A stretch of 64,000 nt of DNA from an uncultured Collinsella sp. (GCA_902469055.1 CABRBC010000009.1:16655-80654); one strand, 5' to 3'. Positions 35,467 to 45,775 are shown, counted from the first letter of the stretch. Program-made: numbers and translations. Notes: a model not told the origin generated them from the sequence alone.

Positions 35467-36762
35467 TTATTTGGCGCCTTGCATGACCTCGTCGAGGGTA
35501 ACGTTGACGGCGTGCTGTGTCGGCACCCAGTCGACCTTCAAGAACAGCGCGGCCACCGTGATGGGGATATAGCTGAACATAAAGATCGGGAAGGTAAACA
35601 GGTTGGTCACCAGACGCCACTTTTGCGCGCAGTGAATATGCTTGTACTCAAAGATGGTCGTAAGCAGCGCCAGGATAAAGAAGGTCTGATACATCATGGC
35701 GAAGGTCATAATGAGCGAAGCGGCGCACGCCTGCATCTCAACTTCGGTAGCCAAGAAACCATGCGAAAGGCCACCCACAATCAAGAACGTCGCATTGGCG
35801 AGCATCGAGATGAGCGACAGCAGCATACCCGGGGCGATCGTCATGAACATGTCGTAGGCGGCAAAGCGATGGTAGCGGAAGGTCGACTTGATCAGGTGCT
35901 TACCGTAAGTAAAGAACACCTGGTAGAAGCCCTTGGTCCAACGCATGCGCTGTTTCCAGGACGCCTTAAACGTCACGGGTTGTTCGTCAAAGAACTCCGC
36001 CGGCGCATAGCCAATGCGAATGCCGTGAATGGCGCAGAACGTGGTGAACTGGATGTCCTCGGTCAGCGTGTGGAACTGCCAACCGCGCATGCCCTCGATT
36101 ACACTAGCGGAGATGAGGTAGCCCGAACCCGAGACGGCGCAAGACGTCTTACAGATGTTGCGCGCGTTGTTGAGAAAGCGCGCCTCGCGCAGATACCACG
36201 TGGCATTAGCCGCCGAGATCCACGAGCTGCCGAAGTTCTTGGAATTGCGATAGCTCGTGACCACATGGAAGCCCTGGTCAAAGGCATCGTTCATTTTGGA
36301 CACGTAATCGCGGGAGATAACGTTATCGGCATCGAAGATAAAGTAGCCTTCAAACGTGTCGGGATACTCGTTAAGGATGCGGTCGAAGCCAAAGTCCATG
36401 ACCCAGCTCTTACCCTTACGGGCAAGATCATTGCGCTCGTAAACAATGGCACCTGCCTCGCGCGCGAGCTGTGCGGTGTTGTCGGTGCAGGCGTCGGCAA
36501 CCACGAAGACCTCGATAAGCTCGGACGGATAATCCTGGTCCTTGATGGAGCGAACGAGGTTGGCAATCACGGCCTCCTCATTATGCGCCGCGATAAAGAA
36601 GGCATAGCGATGGAGTTTTTTGGCCTTGGGAGGCGCGACCTCGCCACGAAGAGCGCCAATGACAAAGAAGACAACCTGGTACAGAAAGCAGACCGTGAGC
36701 AGCGTGACGACAATCTGGTTGAAGATCACGATGGGTGTGTTGGTTTGTAAAAAGGCGAGCAT
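35467..36762 (-). CDS. Membrane-bound processive family-2 glycosyltransferase (PgaC/IcaA/NodC-like)
   Basis: N-terminal TM, GT-A core (D, DAD / FIFDADN) and a QRMRW processivity motif, with C-terminal TM helices. Confidence 0.75.
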   Translation of the reverse strand: MLAFLQTNTPIVIFNQIVVTLLTVCFLYQVVFFVIGALRGEVAPPKAKKLHRYAFFIAAHNEEAVIANLVRSIKDQDYPSELIEVFVVADACTDNTAQLAREAGAIVYERNDLARKGKSWVMDFGFDRILNEYPDTFEGYFIFDADNVISRDYVSKMNDAFDQGFHVVTSYRNSKNFGSSWISAANATWYLREARFLNNARNICKTSCAVSGSGYLISASVIEGMRGWQFHTLTEDIQFTTFCAIHGIRIGYAPAEFFDEQPVTFKASWKQRMRWTKGFYQVFFTYGKHLIKSTFRYHRFAAYDMFMTIAPGMLLSLISMLANATFLIVGGLSHGFLATEVEMQACAASLIMTFAMMYQTFFILALLTTIFEYKHIHCAQKWRLVTNLFTFPIFMFSYIPITVAALFLKVDWVPTQHAVNVTLDEVMQGAK

Positions 36763-36844
36763 GCAGGCTCCCGAGAACGCGTTACGTAAACAACCGTATA
36801 TCTTACCGCAGGCTAATCGAGTTCAAGAAACCACCTAATACTGG

Positions 36845-37858
36845 CTAGACTTCGAGAAGACCGAGCTGCGGGACGATGTCGTCGCCAACGGCCGTGCGAC
36901 CGAGCGAGCGCGGAGCCAGATCGTCGAGAACCGCAGCGAGATCCCACGGCAACTCGTCGCGGCACTCAATGCGCTCCCCCGTCACGGGATGGTCGAACGC
37001 CACGCGCCAGGAATGAAGGAACTGCCTGGTCAGGCCCTGGTCGGCGCGCGCATCGCACTTGCCGTAGAGTGGATCGCCCACGCAGGCGTGGTTGATATGA
37101 CGCATATGCACGCGAATCTGGTGCGTGCGACCGGTAAACAGATGGCACTCAACGAGCGTATAACCATCGTCAAAGCGCGTGGAATCAAAGCGCTCGAGGA
37201 CTTTAAAGGTCGTAATGGCCTGACGGGCAAAGGGGTCGTCCGAAACCGCCATCTTGACGCGGTCGCGCGTAGAACGGGCGATACCGGTATTGATGGTGCC
37301 CTCGTCCATGGCGATGTGCCCGTGGACAAGCGTGATATAGCGGCGGTCGAGCGTACGCGTGCGAATGAGATTTTGAAGCGCGCGCTGGGTGTCGTCGTCT
37401 TTTGCCGCGAGCATAAGGCCCGAGGTATCGCGATCCAGGCGATGCACGATGCCGGGGCGGTCCTCACCCTGCACGGTACCAAGATGATCGATACCGCAGT
37501 GGTAGACCAAGGCGTTCGCAAGCGTGCCGCTCTCGTGGCCGTGGGCGGGATGGCACACCAGCCCGCGCTGCTTGGAGAGCACAATGAGATAGTCGTCCTC
37601 ATAGCGAATGTCGAGCGGGATGGCCTCGGGAATCACATCGGTGGGATCGTGCGGCTCGGGCAGGTCGACCGAGATGCGGTCACCGGCGCGTACGGCATAC
37701 TTTTTTGACAGACAGGTCTCGCCGTTCACGATTACGGCGCCGCCCTCGATCAGATGCGCGCAGGCAGAGCGCGTGGGGCAGCCGTCGTTGGCACCCAGAA
37801 AGGCGTCGAGACGCTGGCCAGAGCAATCGTCGGCAACAAGAATATGGATGTCGGCCAT
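36845..37858 (-). CDS. rluD: RluA-family 23S rRNA pseudouridine synthase (RluD-like)
   Basis: N-terminal S4 domain and catalytic HRLDRDTSGLMLAAKD motif. Confidence 0.85.
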   Translation of the reverse strand: MADIHILVADDCSGQRLDAFLGANDGCPTRSACAHLIEGGAVIVNGETCLSKKYAVRAGDRISVDLPEPHDPTDVIPEAIPLDIRYEDDYLIVLSKQRGLVCHPAHGHESGTLANALVYHCGIDHLGTVQGEDRPGIVHRLDRDTSGLMLAAKDDDTQRALQNLIRTRTLDRRYITLVHGHIAMDEGTINTGIARSTRDRVKMAVSDDPFARQAITTFKVLERFDSTRFDDGYTLVECHLFTGRTHQIRVHMRHINHACVGDPLYGKCDARADQGLTRQFLHSWRVAFDHPVTGERIECRDELPWDLAAVLDDLAPRSLGRTAVGDDIVPQLGLLEV

Positions 37859-38457
37859 TAACGCTCATTCCTTTCGCGAATCTTGCGGGCACGCTCCCCA
37901 CGCTGCTTGGCTTTGCGCTTGGCGCGGGCCTCATCACGGGCATTGAGCTCGGCAGTCGCATCAACCTCGCGGGCCGCGGGACTCAAGAACATGTAGCCGA
38001 AGAGGGCGAGCACAACGCCCACGGTAATGCCGATATCGGCCACATTGAAGACGGGAAAGTCGATGAAGGTGGTGGCAATAAAATCGGTCACGAAGCCAAA
38101 GGCCAGACGGTCGATCGCGTTGCCAATGGCGCCGCCCGCGACCATAGCCATGCCCACAACCTCCAAGCGAGCAAGCTGGGGCGCGCGAAGCAAGTACACG
38201 GCAATGGCGACAATGACCGCAAGCGCCAGCAAAGCAAACGCAACGCCATGCCCCTCGCCCATGCTAAAGGCAGCACCGATATTGCGGACAAATAGAAAGT
38301 CGATCACACCGGGGATAACAGTCACATGCAAAGCGTCGCCCACGGAACGAACCGCAAGCTTGGTCGGCTGATCAAAAAGCAGCACAACCAGCACCACCCC
38401 ACCAGCAACACCTAACCGCCAGCGCAAAGGCGGCGTCATATCCCCAGCACGACCCAA
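37858..38457 (-). CDS. lspA: Lipoprotein signal peptidase II with a basic C-terminal extension
   Basis: Motifs FVRNIGAAFSMGEG and VFNVADIGITVG. The C-terminal tail is Lys/Arg-rich. Confidence 0.85.
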   Translation of the reverse strand: MGRAGDMTPPLRWRLGVAGGVVLVVLLFDQPTKLAVRSVGDALHVTVIPGVIDFLFVRNIGAAFSMGEGHGVAFALLALAVIVAIAVYLLRAPQLARLEVVGMAMVAGGAIGNAIDRLAFGFVTDFIATTFIDFPVFNVADIGITVGVVLALFGYMFLSPAAREVDATAELNARDEARAKRKAKQRGERARKIRERNER

Positions 38458-38564
38458 AGAAATCCCCTACCCTCAAGAACATCGAATTCCGTTTAACACA
38501 AGTAAACATCTTATATTGCCACAAGCAGAGCGCACGACATATCCACCAACGCAAGCGAAATAAC

Positions 38565-38602
38565 CAGCATAAAACGAAAGCGACATTCCGAATAACGGAA
38601 TG
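38565..38602 (-). terminator. Rho-independent terminator about 230 nt downstream of the ileS stop
   Basis: Minus-strand reading: gcgacattccgttattcggaatgtcgc hairpin followed by TTTCGTTTTAT. Confidence 0.45.
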
Positions 38603-38830
38603 TCGCTTAATCGCTTTCGACTAAAAGCGCAAGTCGAAAGAAAGCCTCTAGCTCCAACAATGGAAACGCCGCATTACCGTCGCCAACAGCGAAAACGTCC
38701 CTAAGCGAGCAAGGTGACGTGAAAGAGGAGGGAAGCGTACTTTGGTACGCGATCGACGATTGAACGTCAGATTGCCGCTTAGGGGCGTTTGCAGCGTCGG
38801 TAGGTTACGGCGTTCTACGAACGCCGTAAC

Positions 38831-41632
38831 CTACAGCGCATCAGCGCAGCGCTTACAGATATGCGCGTGGCCGTTGTACTCGCCGACGGTGGTGCGGTAG
38901 TTCCAGCAACGGTCGCAGCACTCGCCCTCGGCAGCATCAATGCAGACGGAAAGCTCTTCGCCCTGGGTCAGCTCAACATCGGAGACGATGTAGAACTCGG
39001 CCAGGTCGACCGCTTTGTCACCAGTCAGCAGCGCGTACATCTCGGCGGGAACGACCGCCTTGACGCGAACCTGCTGGCTCTTGGTGAAGGTGCCGGCAGA
39101 ACGGGCATCCTCAAGGGCCTTGGTCACGGCGCTACGGAGCTCAAGAGAAGCCTCGAGCACGCCCTCAAACTCGTTGGCCTCATCGACCGTGATGGGCGAC
39201 TTGTACCAATCGAGCAGCGCGGCGTACTTCTGGTGATCGACGCAGCCGGCGGGCGCATATGCCATGGCCTCGTCGACGGTGTAGGACAGGATCGGCTGCA
39301 GGTCGCGCATGAGCATCGAGAAGAGCTCGGCCAGCACGGTCTGGGCGCTGCGGCGCTCGAGCGAGCCGGGCTTATCGCAGTACAGACGGTCCTTCAGGGC
39401 GTCGAGGTACACGTTGGAAAGCTCGGTAACCACGAAGTCATAAAGCGCACGGTAGGCGCGCGGGAACTCATAGCTGGCGTAGGCGTCGTCGACCTCGGCC
39501 TGGACCTGGGTCAGACGGGCAACCATGAGCTTGTCGAGCGGCAACAGGTCGGCAAAGGCGACGCCGTCGGTCTCGGGCTCAAACTGACCCTCGAGCTCGG
39601 AGAGCAAGAAGCGCAGCGTGTTGCGGAAACGACGGTAGGCATCAGACGTACGGGCGAGAATCTCGTGGTCGATGGAAACGTCGGAGCTGGTGTCGACCGA
39701 GGCGACCCACAGGCGAATGATGTCAGCGCCCATCTCGTCGCAGACCTTGTTGGGGTCGATGACGTTGCCGAGCGACTTGGACATCTTGCGGCCCTGACCG
39801 TCGAGCGTGAAGCCCTGCGAGACGACCGCCTTGTACGGAGCATGGCCGTTGGCACCCACCGAGGTGAGCAGCGAGCTCTGGAACCAACCGCGGTGCTGGT
39901 CGGAGCCCTCGAGGTACACATCCGCCGGATACTCCAGCTCGGGACGGTACTCGCAGACGGCCTTCCAGGAGACGCCGGAATCCCACCACACGTCGAGGAT
40001 GTCCTTATCTGCCTTGAGATGATGGCCGCCGCACTTGGGGCAGACGCAGGCCTCGCCCAGGTAACTCTCGGGAGCGTCGGTGAACCAGGCGTCGGAGCCC
40101 TTCTCGTGGAAGAGCTTGATGACTGCGTCGAGCGTAGCGTCGTTCATGACCTTCTCGCCGCAGTCGGCGCAAGTGTAGCTGGGGATAGGCACGCCCCAGT
40201 TGCGCTGACGGCTGATGCACCAGTCGGGACGCTGCTCGACCATGGCGCCGATGCGGTTGGCGGCGTGAGCCGGATACCACTTGACGTTCTCGCGGACCTC
40301 TTTGCCAGCCTGCTCGCGCAGACCGGTCTTGTCCATCGAGACGAACCACTGGTCGGTAGCACGGAAGAGCACCGGGTGCTTGCAGCGCCAGCAGTGCGGA
40401 TAGCTGTGCGTGATCTTCTTCTCGAGGACCAGGGTGCCGCGCTCGCGCAGGAACTCGATGATGTGCGGGTTGGCCTCGTCGGTATCCATGCCGCTGAAGG
40501 GGCCACCGGTGCCGAACTCCTCGCCGGTGTAGAACTTGCCGTCGTCATCGACCGGCATGCAAATGTCGGTGATGCCCTCCTTGAGGCAGGCGAAGTAGTC
40601 GTCGACGCCGTGACCGGGCGAGTTGTGGACGATACCGGTACCGTCATCGACACCGACGTAATCGGCCAACAGTGCCACGCCCTCAACACCGTCAAAGATC
40701 GGCTGCTTATAGTGAATGTGATGGAAGGTCTCGGCGGGAACCACATAGGGCTTGCCGTCGACCACAACCGGGGTGTACTCCCAGCCAAACTCCTCGCAGC
40801 ACTTGGGAGCCAGGTCCTCGAGCATGACCTCGGCGCGGCCGTCGTGCTCAACGGCGACGTAGGCGGCACCGGGCTTGAGAGAAACTGCCTGGTCGGAGGG
40901 GATGGTCCACGGCGTGGTCGTCCAGATGATAAAGTCAACCGGGCCGTCGAAGTTCTCGAGGCCGACGGGCTTGGAGGTCATCTCAAAGCGCACGAAGATG
41001 GACGGGCTCGTCTCGTCGGAGTACTCAATCTCGGCCTCAGCAAGTGCGGTATGGCAGTGCTTGCACCAGTGGACGGGCTTGTGACCGCGATAGATCATGC
41101 CCTTGTCGAACATGGCCTTGAAAACCTCGATGTCGGCGGCGTCATGCTGGTGATAGAGCGTCAGATAGGGGTTGTCCCAATCGCCGAGCACGCCCAGGCG
41201 ACGGAAGCCGGCCTTCTGCAGCTCGATGTTCTCGACAGCGAACTTATTGCAAAGCTCACGGATCTTAGCCGTGGAGGTCTGGTTGAACTTCTCGGTGCCG
41301 AGCTTCTCCTCGACCTTATGCTCGATCGGCTGGCCATGGCAGTCCCAACCGGGGACATAGGGAACCTCATAGCCCTGCATCATCCAGTAACGGTTGATCA
41401 TGTCCTTGGAGATCTTGTTCATGGCATGGCCGATGTGAATCGGGCCGTTGGCGTACGGAGGACCGTCGTGCAGCACGAACTTCTTGTGACCCTCGTTCTT
41501 CTTCAGAACCTGCTCGTAGACCTTGTTGTCCTGCCAGTCCTTGAGTCGCTTGGGCTCGGACTTGGAAAGACCGGCACGCATGGGAAAACCGGTCTTGGGC
41601 AGATTCATCGTCTGCTTGTACTCGTTTGCCAC
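38831..41632 (-). CDS. ileS: Isoleucine--tRNA ligase
   Basis: HIGH (PYANGPIHIGHA) and KMSKS (KMSKSLGN) motifs, CP1 editing domain, C-terminal Zn-binding Cys cluster. GTG start. Confidence 0.95.
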   Translation of the reverse strand: MANEYKQTMNLPKTGFPMRAGLSKSEPKRLKDWQDNKVYEQVLKKNEGHKKFVLHDGPPYANGPIHIGHAMNKISKDMINRYWMMQGYEVPYVPGWDCHGQPIEHKVEEKLGTEKFNQTSTAKIRELCNKFAVENIELQKAGFRRLGVLGDWDNPYLTLYHQHDAADIEVFKAMFDKGMIYRGHKPVHWCKHCHTALAEAEIEYSDETSPSIFVRFEMTSKPVGLENFDGPVDFIIWTTTPWTIPSDQAVSLKPGAAYVAVEHDGRAEVMLEDLAPKCCEEFGWEYTPVVVDGKPYVVPAETFHHIHYKQPIFDGVEGVALLADYVGVDDGTGIVHNSPGHGVDDYFACLKEGITDICMPVDDDGKFYTGEEFGTGGPFSGMDTDEANPHIIEFLRERGTLVLEKKITHSYPHCWRCKHPVLFRATDQWFVSMDKTGLREQAGKEVRENVKWYPAHAANRIGAMVEQRPDWCISRQRNWGVPIPSYTCADCGEKVMNDATLDAVIKLFHEKGSDAWFTDAPESYLGEACVCPKCGGHHLKADKDILDVWWDSGVSWKAVCEYRPELEYPADVYLEGSDQHRGWFQSSLLTSVGANGHAPYKAVVSQGFTLDGQGRKMSKSLGNVIDPNKVCDEMGADIIRLWVASVDTSSDVSIDHEILARTSDAYRRFRNTLRFLLSELEGQFEPETDGVAFADLLPLDKLMVARLTQVQAEVDDAYASYEFPRAYRALYDFVVTELSNVYLDALKDRLYCDKPGSLERRSAQTVLAELFSMLMRDLQPILSYTVDEAMAYAPAGCVDHQKYAALLDWYKSPITVDEANEFEGVLEASLELRSAVTKALEDARSAGTFTKSQQVRVKAVVPAEMYALLTGDKAVDLAEFYIVSDVELTQGEELSVCIDAAEGECCDRCWNYRTTVGEYNGHAHICKRCADAL

Positions 41633-41635
41633 GGT

Positions 41636-41950
41636 ACCCCTTTCATGTCATGGGCGCACACGCCCGTTGGGCACCAAAAAAGCGCCCGTCCCTACAAGCT
41701 GGGACGAAGCGCCACAAAACGAGCTGTACGCCCGCAAAAGCTCTTCGTTTAACCACCCAGCTTAGATGCCCTCACCCGCGTATTCGCGCGCTCGCATCCG
41801 TTACTCGGCTGGCCTGTATCGACGACCATCTCGGCGATATCTACTAAGACGAGCCTGTGCGACGCGTCCGTTGGGACCGCAGCTCCGGGGTGATTTTCAT
41901 CGGTCGCATGCACGGGTTCTCAGCGCTCCCCGCTCTCTGCAACATGCGGA
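41636..41950 (-). promoter_or_regulatory. Putative T-box riboswitch leader of ileS with an Ile (AUC) specifier
   Basis: Minus-strand RNA contains a stem I with an AGAGA K-turn-like element (GCAGAGAGCGGGG...CCCCGGAGCUGC). The specifier-loop-like GAUGAAAAUCACCCC carries AUC-A. The T-box-like motif is AAGCUGGGUGGUUAAACG. An antiterminator pairing AAGCUGGG/CCCAGCUU competes with the terminator gcgcuucgucccagcuuguagggacgggcgc + UUUUUU, which lies about 40 nt before the start codon. Confidence 0.55.
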
Positions 41951-42118
41951 CGGCCGACTACTCGTCCCCATCAACGCTTATGCGGAGTATGCTAGCACGT
42001 TCCGCGCCGGCGAAAAACCCTCAACACTGGTTTTATACGTTCGAAATTTCTCGCGGCTGTGGACCTTCTCTAGGAGCAAAATACCTGAAAGCACTTTATC
42101 GAAAGAAAGAAGGTTGCC

Positions 42119-43207
42119 ATGCGCACGATTGGAATGAGTGATTATACCGTTGGCGAGGATTGCTTTACCGAGCTGCCCGCCGCACTGGCCGAGTACGGAG
42201 CGACCAAGGTCGCCATCATCGGCGGCAAGCGAGCCCTGGCTGCGGCGCTGCCGGGAATCGAGGCGGCACTTAAAGGTACCGATGTCGAGGTCCTGGAGAC
42301 GCGCGTCTATGGCACCAACAGTACGCGTGCCAATATCGCCAAGGTCGTGAACTCCCCTGCCTGCCAGGAAGCCGACGTGCTCATCGCATGTGGCGGCGGC
42401 AAGGCACTCGACACCGTCAAGACGGCGGCCATCGAGCTCAAGAAGATCGTCTTTACCGTACCGACGATTTGCTCCAACTGCTCGGCCGCGACCGCCATTG
42501 CCGTTGTCTACAATGACGATGGCTCGCTCGAGGGCTATTCGTACCCCAACCGACCGGCACACATCTTCATCAACCCCAAGATCATCGCCGAGGCACCGGC
42601 AGAGTACTTCTGGGCCGGCGTGGGCGATGCCCTGTCTAAGCAGCCCGAGGTCGAGTACGCCACGAGCGCCGGTAATTTGGAGCACACCGCCGGTCTTGGC
42701 CTGGCACTCGCCCACACCTGCTCCGAGCCGCTGTTTACCTATGGCGTCCAGGGTCTTGAGGACGTGCGCCAAGACCTGTCGACCGAGGCCGTAAAGCAGA
42801 TCGCACTCGACATCGTGGTCAACACGGGCTATGTCTCGAACCTGACCAACCAAAACGATTACTACTACAACTCGAGCGTGGCGCACGCGTTCTACAACGC
42901 CACCTGCAGCATTCCGCGCGAGGGCTCCTACCTACACGGCGAGGTCGTGAGCCTGGGCGTGCTGGTGCTGTTTGCCTATACGGGCGATACCGAGAACCTT
43001 GAGCGCTACGCCGCCTTTAACAAGCAGATGGGGCTGCCCGTGACGCTGGAGCAGGTCGGGCTTTCCGAGGCAGACATCCCGGCCCTGTGCGAGTTCGCAC
43101 ACGCCACCAACGAGTGGAAGCAGGGAAACCCCGAGCCCTTCACCGACGAAAAGTTCGCCGCCGCCATCAAGGCCGCCAACGCCTACGGCCACTCTATCCT
43201 GGCCTAA
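42119..43207 (+). CDS. Iron-containing alcohol dehydrogenase family protein (glycerol-dehydrogenase-like)
   Basis: 362 aa with the GGGKALDTVKTAA nucleotide-binding motif and His/Asp metal ligands typical of the Fe-ADH/GldA family. Confidence 0.8.
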   Translation: MRTIGMSDYTVGEDCFTELPAALAEYGATKVAIIGGKRALAAALPGIEAALKGTDVEVLETRVYGTNSTRANIAKVVNSPACQEADVLIACGGGKALDTVKTAAIELKKIVFTVPTICSNCSAATAIAVVYNDDGSLEGYSYPNRPAHIFINPKIIAEAPAEYFWAGVGDALSKQPEVEYATSAGNLEHTAGLGLALAHTCSEPLFTYGVQGLEDVRQDLSTEAVKQIALDIVVNTGYVSNLTNQNDYYYNSSVAHAFYNATCSIPREGSYLHGEVVSLGVLVLFAYTGDTENLERYAAFNKQMGLPVTLEQVGLSEADIPALCEFAHATNEWKQGNPEPFTDEKFAAAIKAANAYGHSILA

Positions 43208-43219
43208 CCGACCAAAACC

Positions 43220-43256
43220 GCCACAAAGGGGACAAGCACCTTTGTGGCGTTTTTTA
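43220..43256. terminator. Bidirectional intrinsic terminator between the convergent ADH and DUF523 genes
   Basis: aaaaccGCCACAAAGGggacaagcaCCTTTGTGGCgttttttat, with an A-tract upstream and a T-tract downstream. Confidence 0.55.
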
Positions 43257-43709
43257 TTGCCGTAACATGCTCGAGTCGAATTCGCTTGCCGGGATCACAC
43301 GATAGCCGTGACGCAGGAGCAGGTCAACGAAGACACCGTTACCTGTTGTGAGCGTGCCGCTGAAGGATCCGTCGTAGATATGGTCCACGCCGCACGACGG
43401 ACTGCGATCCTGCAAAATGCACGCAACGATCTCGGACGGGCCGCCCGCTTGCTCGCACATATCGAGCGCACGTTGAGCGCCCAGACGAAATTCGCGATCG
43501 ACCGAAATGCCCTCGCAGGTACGAACTTCTCCGTTCACAATCTCGGACGGCTTGCGCGGCGTGGGCAGGCCCCCAAAGACCTCAGGGCACACGAGGAGGA
43601 CCTCGGTCCCCGTGCGCTCGCAAGCCTCGACCAACGCGCGGCGGTAGTTATCGAGCCCGTTATACTTGCAGCTCTCGCCCATCAAGCAGGCGCTCACCAC
43701 GATCTTCAT
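43254..43709 (-). CDS. DUF523 (YbbK/TudS-like) domain protein
   Basis: MKIVVSACLMGESCKYNG... with conserved Cys residues. About 150 aa. Confidence 0.7.
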   Translation of the reverse strand: MKIVVSACLMGESCKYNGLDNYRRALVEACERTGTEVLLVCPEVFGGLPTPRKPSEIVNGEVRTCEGISVDREFRLGAQRALDMCEQAGGPSEIVACILQDRSPSCGVDHIYDGSFSGTLTTGNGVFVDLLLRHGYRVIPASEFDSSMLRQ

Positions 43710-43732
43710 TTCCATCCCTCTCAAGCAAAACG

Positions 43733-43763
43733 CCCCATTTGAGAAAGCTGCTCAAATGGGGCG
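43733..43763 (-). terminator. Rho-independent terminator downstream of ftsH
   Basis: Minus-strand reading: gccccatttgagcagctttctcaaatggggc hairpin then GTTTTGCTTG. Confidence 0.45.
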
Positions 43764-43790
43764 TCGGCGTTTACTGGCTCGGCCGCGGCG

Positions 43791-45698
43791 TTACTGCTGC
43801 TTGGGCATCAGCGGATTCTCGCGCGTGAGGAGGTTCATGAACTCCTCACCCGTGATGGTCTCCTTCTTATACAGATAACGAGCCAGCTCGTGGAGCTTAA
43901 ACTTGTTCTCCTTCAGAATCTGCAAAGCGCGGTCGTGCGCATCCTCGATCAGCTTGGCGACAATCGCGTCCACGCGCTCGGCCGTACCGGGGGCGCAGGT
44001 GAGCGACGTGTCCTGATTGAGATACGCGTTCTGCACGGTACCGAGCGCCATCATGCCAAACTCGTCGGACATACCAAAGCGCGTCACCATATTACGGGCG
44101 AGCTTGGTAGCCTGCTCGATGTCGTTGGCGGCGCCGGTCGTCATCTCTCCAAAGATGAGCTCCTCGGCTGCGCGGCCACCGCAATAGACGGCGAGCTTGT
44201 CCAAGACCTCCTGGCGCGTCGTCAGGAAGCGCTCGTCCTCCTCGACCTGCATGGTATAACCAAGAGCACCGCTCGTGCGCGGCACGATGGTGATCTTCGT
44301 GACCGGCGCAGAGCCCTTCTGGCGAGCGGCAACGATGGCATGGCCGATCTCGTGATAAGAAACGACCTGCTTCTCGTGGTCGGACAGCACCGTGGACTTA
44401 CGCTGTTGGCCGGCAACGACGACCTCCACCGACTCCTCGAAGTCGTCCTGGGTTGCACGCTTGCGACCCTCGCGAACGGCGCGCAGGGCGCCCTCGTTGA
44501 TGATATTGGCCAGGTCGGCGCCCGAGGCACCGGGCGTGGCGCGGGCAATCGCGGTCAGATCGATCGGCGGCTCGGTCTTCACACTCTTGGCGTGGAGCTC
44601 GAGGATGTTCTTACGGCCGGTCAGATCGGGCAACTCGACGGGGATGCGGCGGTCAAAACGACCGGGGCGCAGTAGAGCGGGATCGAGACTGTCGGGGCGG
44701 TTGGTTGCGGCAAGGACAACGATACCCTTGTGGTTATCGAAGCCATCCATCTCGGTCAGCAACTGATTGAGCGTCTGCTCGCGCTCGTCGTTGCCGCTAA
44801 AGCCGCCGCCATCGCGCTTCTTACCGATGGTATCGATCTCATCGATAAAGACGATACACGGGGCCTTTTCCTTGGCCTGCTTAAACAGGTCACGAACCTT
44901 TGCAGCGCCGCGACCAACAAACATCTCAACGAACTCAGAGCCCGAAATGCTAAAGAACGGAACACCGGCCTCGCCGGCAACAGCCTTGGCAAGCAGGGTC
45001 TTACCGGTACCCGGAGGGCCAACAAGGAGAGCACCGCGCGGCAGCTTGGCGCCGATCTCCTCGTAGCGCTGCGGCTTCTCCAGAAAGTCCACGACCTCCT
45101 TGAGGGATTCCTTGGCCTCTTCCTGGCCGGCGACATCCTTAAAGGTCACCCCCACGTCCTTGGAGGCGATCACGCGCGCGCCGGACTTACCCAGTCCGCC
45201 GCCGCCAAAACCGCCGCCGCCAAAGTTCATCGACGGGCCGTCATCGCCCATAGCCTTCTTCATGCGGCGGTTGAGCCACCAACCGATGAGGAAGAAAATC
45301 ACCATAGGAAGAATGAGTGTGAGCAGGTAGTAGGTCATCAAACCCGAGTTTTTATCAGGAACGACCGACTCGAGCGAAGCGCCAGACTCAAGCACGCGAT
45401 CGGTAAAGCCCGCATCATTCGGCACGCCGGTCGTCTTATAGGCGATGTTCTCGTCCTCGCCCTTCTTGGTGTAATAAATCGTATAGTCGTCGGTGTTGTA
45501 CTCGACCTTTTCGACGCTCTTCTTGTCGAGCGCCTTCACGAACGTCGAGTAATCGGTCTCCGTAATCTGCTGCGTGTGACCGATGTTGGGGAACAGAACG
45601 GTCGAGAGCACGAGGTAGACGACGAAGGCGATGAGCACGTAGAGGATCATATTCCGTCTACGCTTGTTGTCATCCATCTCCATCTGCTTGAACTCCAT
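43791..45698 (-). CDS. ftsH: ATP-dependent zinc metalloprotease FtsH
   Basis: N-terminal TM pair, AAA module ([31 protein letters not shown]), second region of homology, HEIGHA zinc motif. Confidence 0.9.
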   Translation of the reverse strand: MEFKQMEMDDNKRRRNMILYVLIAFVVYLVLSTVLFPNIGHTQQITETDYSTFVKALDKKSVEKVEYNTDDYTIYYTKKGEDENIAYKTTGVPNDAGFTDRVLESGASLESVVPDKNSGLMTYYLLTLILPMVIFFLIGWWLNRRMKKAMGDDGPSMNFGGGGFGGGGLGKSGARVIASKDVGVTFKDVAGQEEAKESLKEVVDFLEKPQRYEEIGAKLPRGALLVGPPGTGKTLLAKAVAGEAGVPFFSISGSEFVEMFVGRGAAKVRDLFKQAKEKAPCIVFIDEIDTIGKKRDGGGFSGNDEREQTLNQLLTEMDGFDNHKGIVVLAATNRPDSLDPALLRPGRFDRRIPVELPDLTGRKNILELHAKSVKTEPPIDLTAIARATPGASGADLANIINEGALRAVREGRKRATQDDFEESVEVVVAGQQRKSTVLSDHEKQVVSYHEIGHAIVAARQKGSAPVTKITIVPRTSGALGYTMQVEEDERFLTTRQEVLDKLAVYCGGRAAEELIFGEMTTGAANDIEQATKLARNMVTRFGMSDEFGMMALGTVQNAYLNQDTSLTCAPGTAERVDAIVAKLIEDAHDRALQILKENKFKLHELARYLYKKETITGEEFMNLLTRENPLMPKQQ

Positions 45699-45775
45699 CT
45701 ACTGGGGTTGATAATAGTTTCTAGAATACCCAACCCGAGCGACGATAAACCGACGCCGGGCACGAAAGGACAGAG

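Noticed and set aside
38861-41752. 963 aa plus-strand ORF
   Set aside because: Antisense shadow ORF of ileS.
41626-42137. Several 70-120 aa ORFs in the ileS / ADH intergenic region
   Set aside because: The region is better explained as a structured T-box leader plus a divergent promoter. The ORFs have no RBS or motif support.
41978-42886. 302 aa minus-strand ORF
   Set aside because: Overlaps the well-supported Fe-ADH gene on the opposite strand. The ADH reading has clear family motifs and this one does not.
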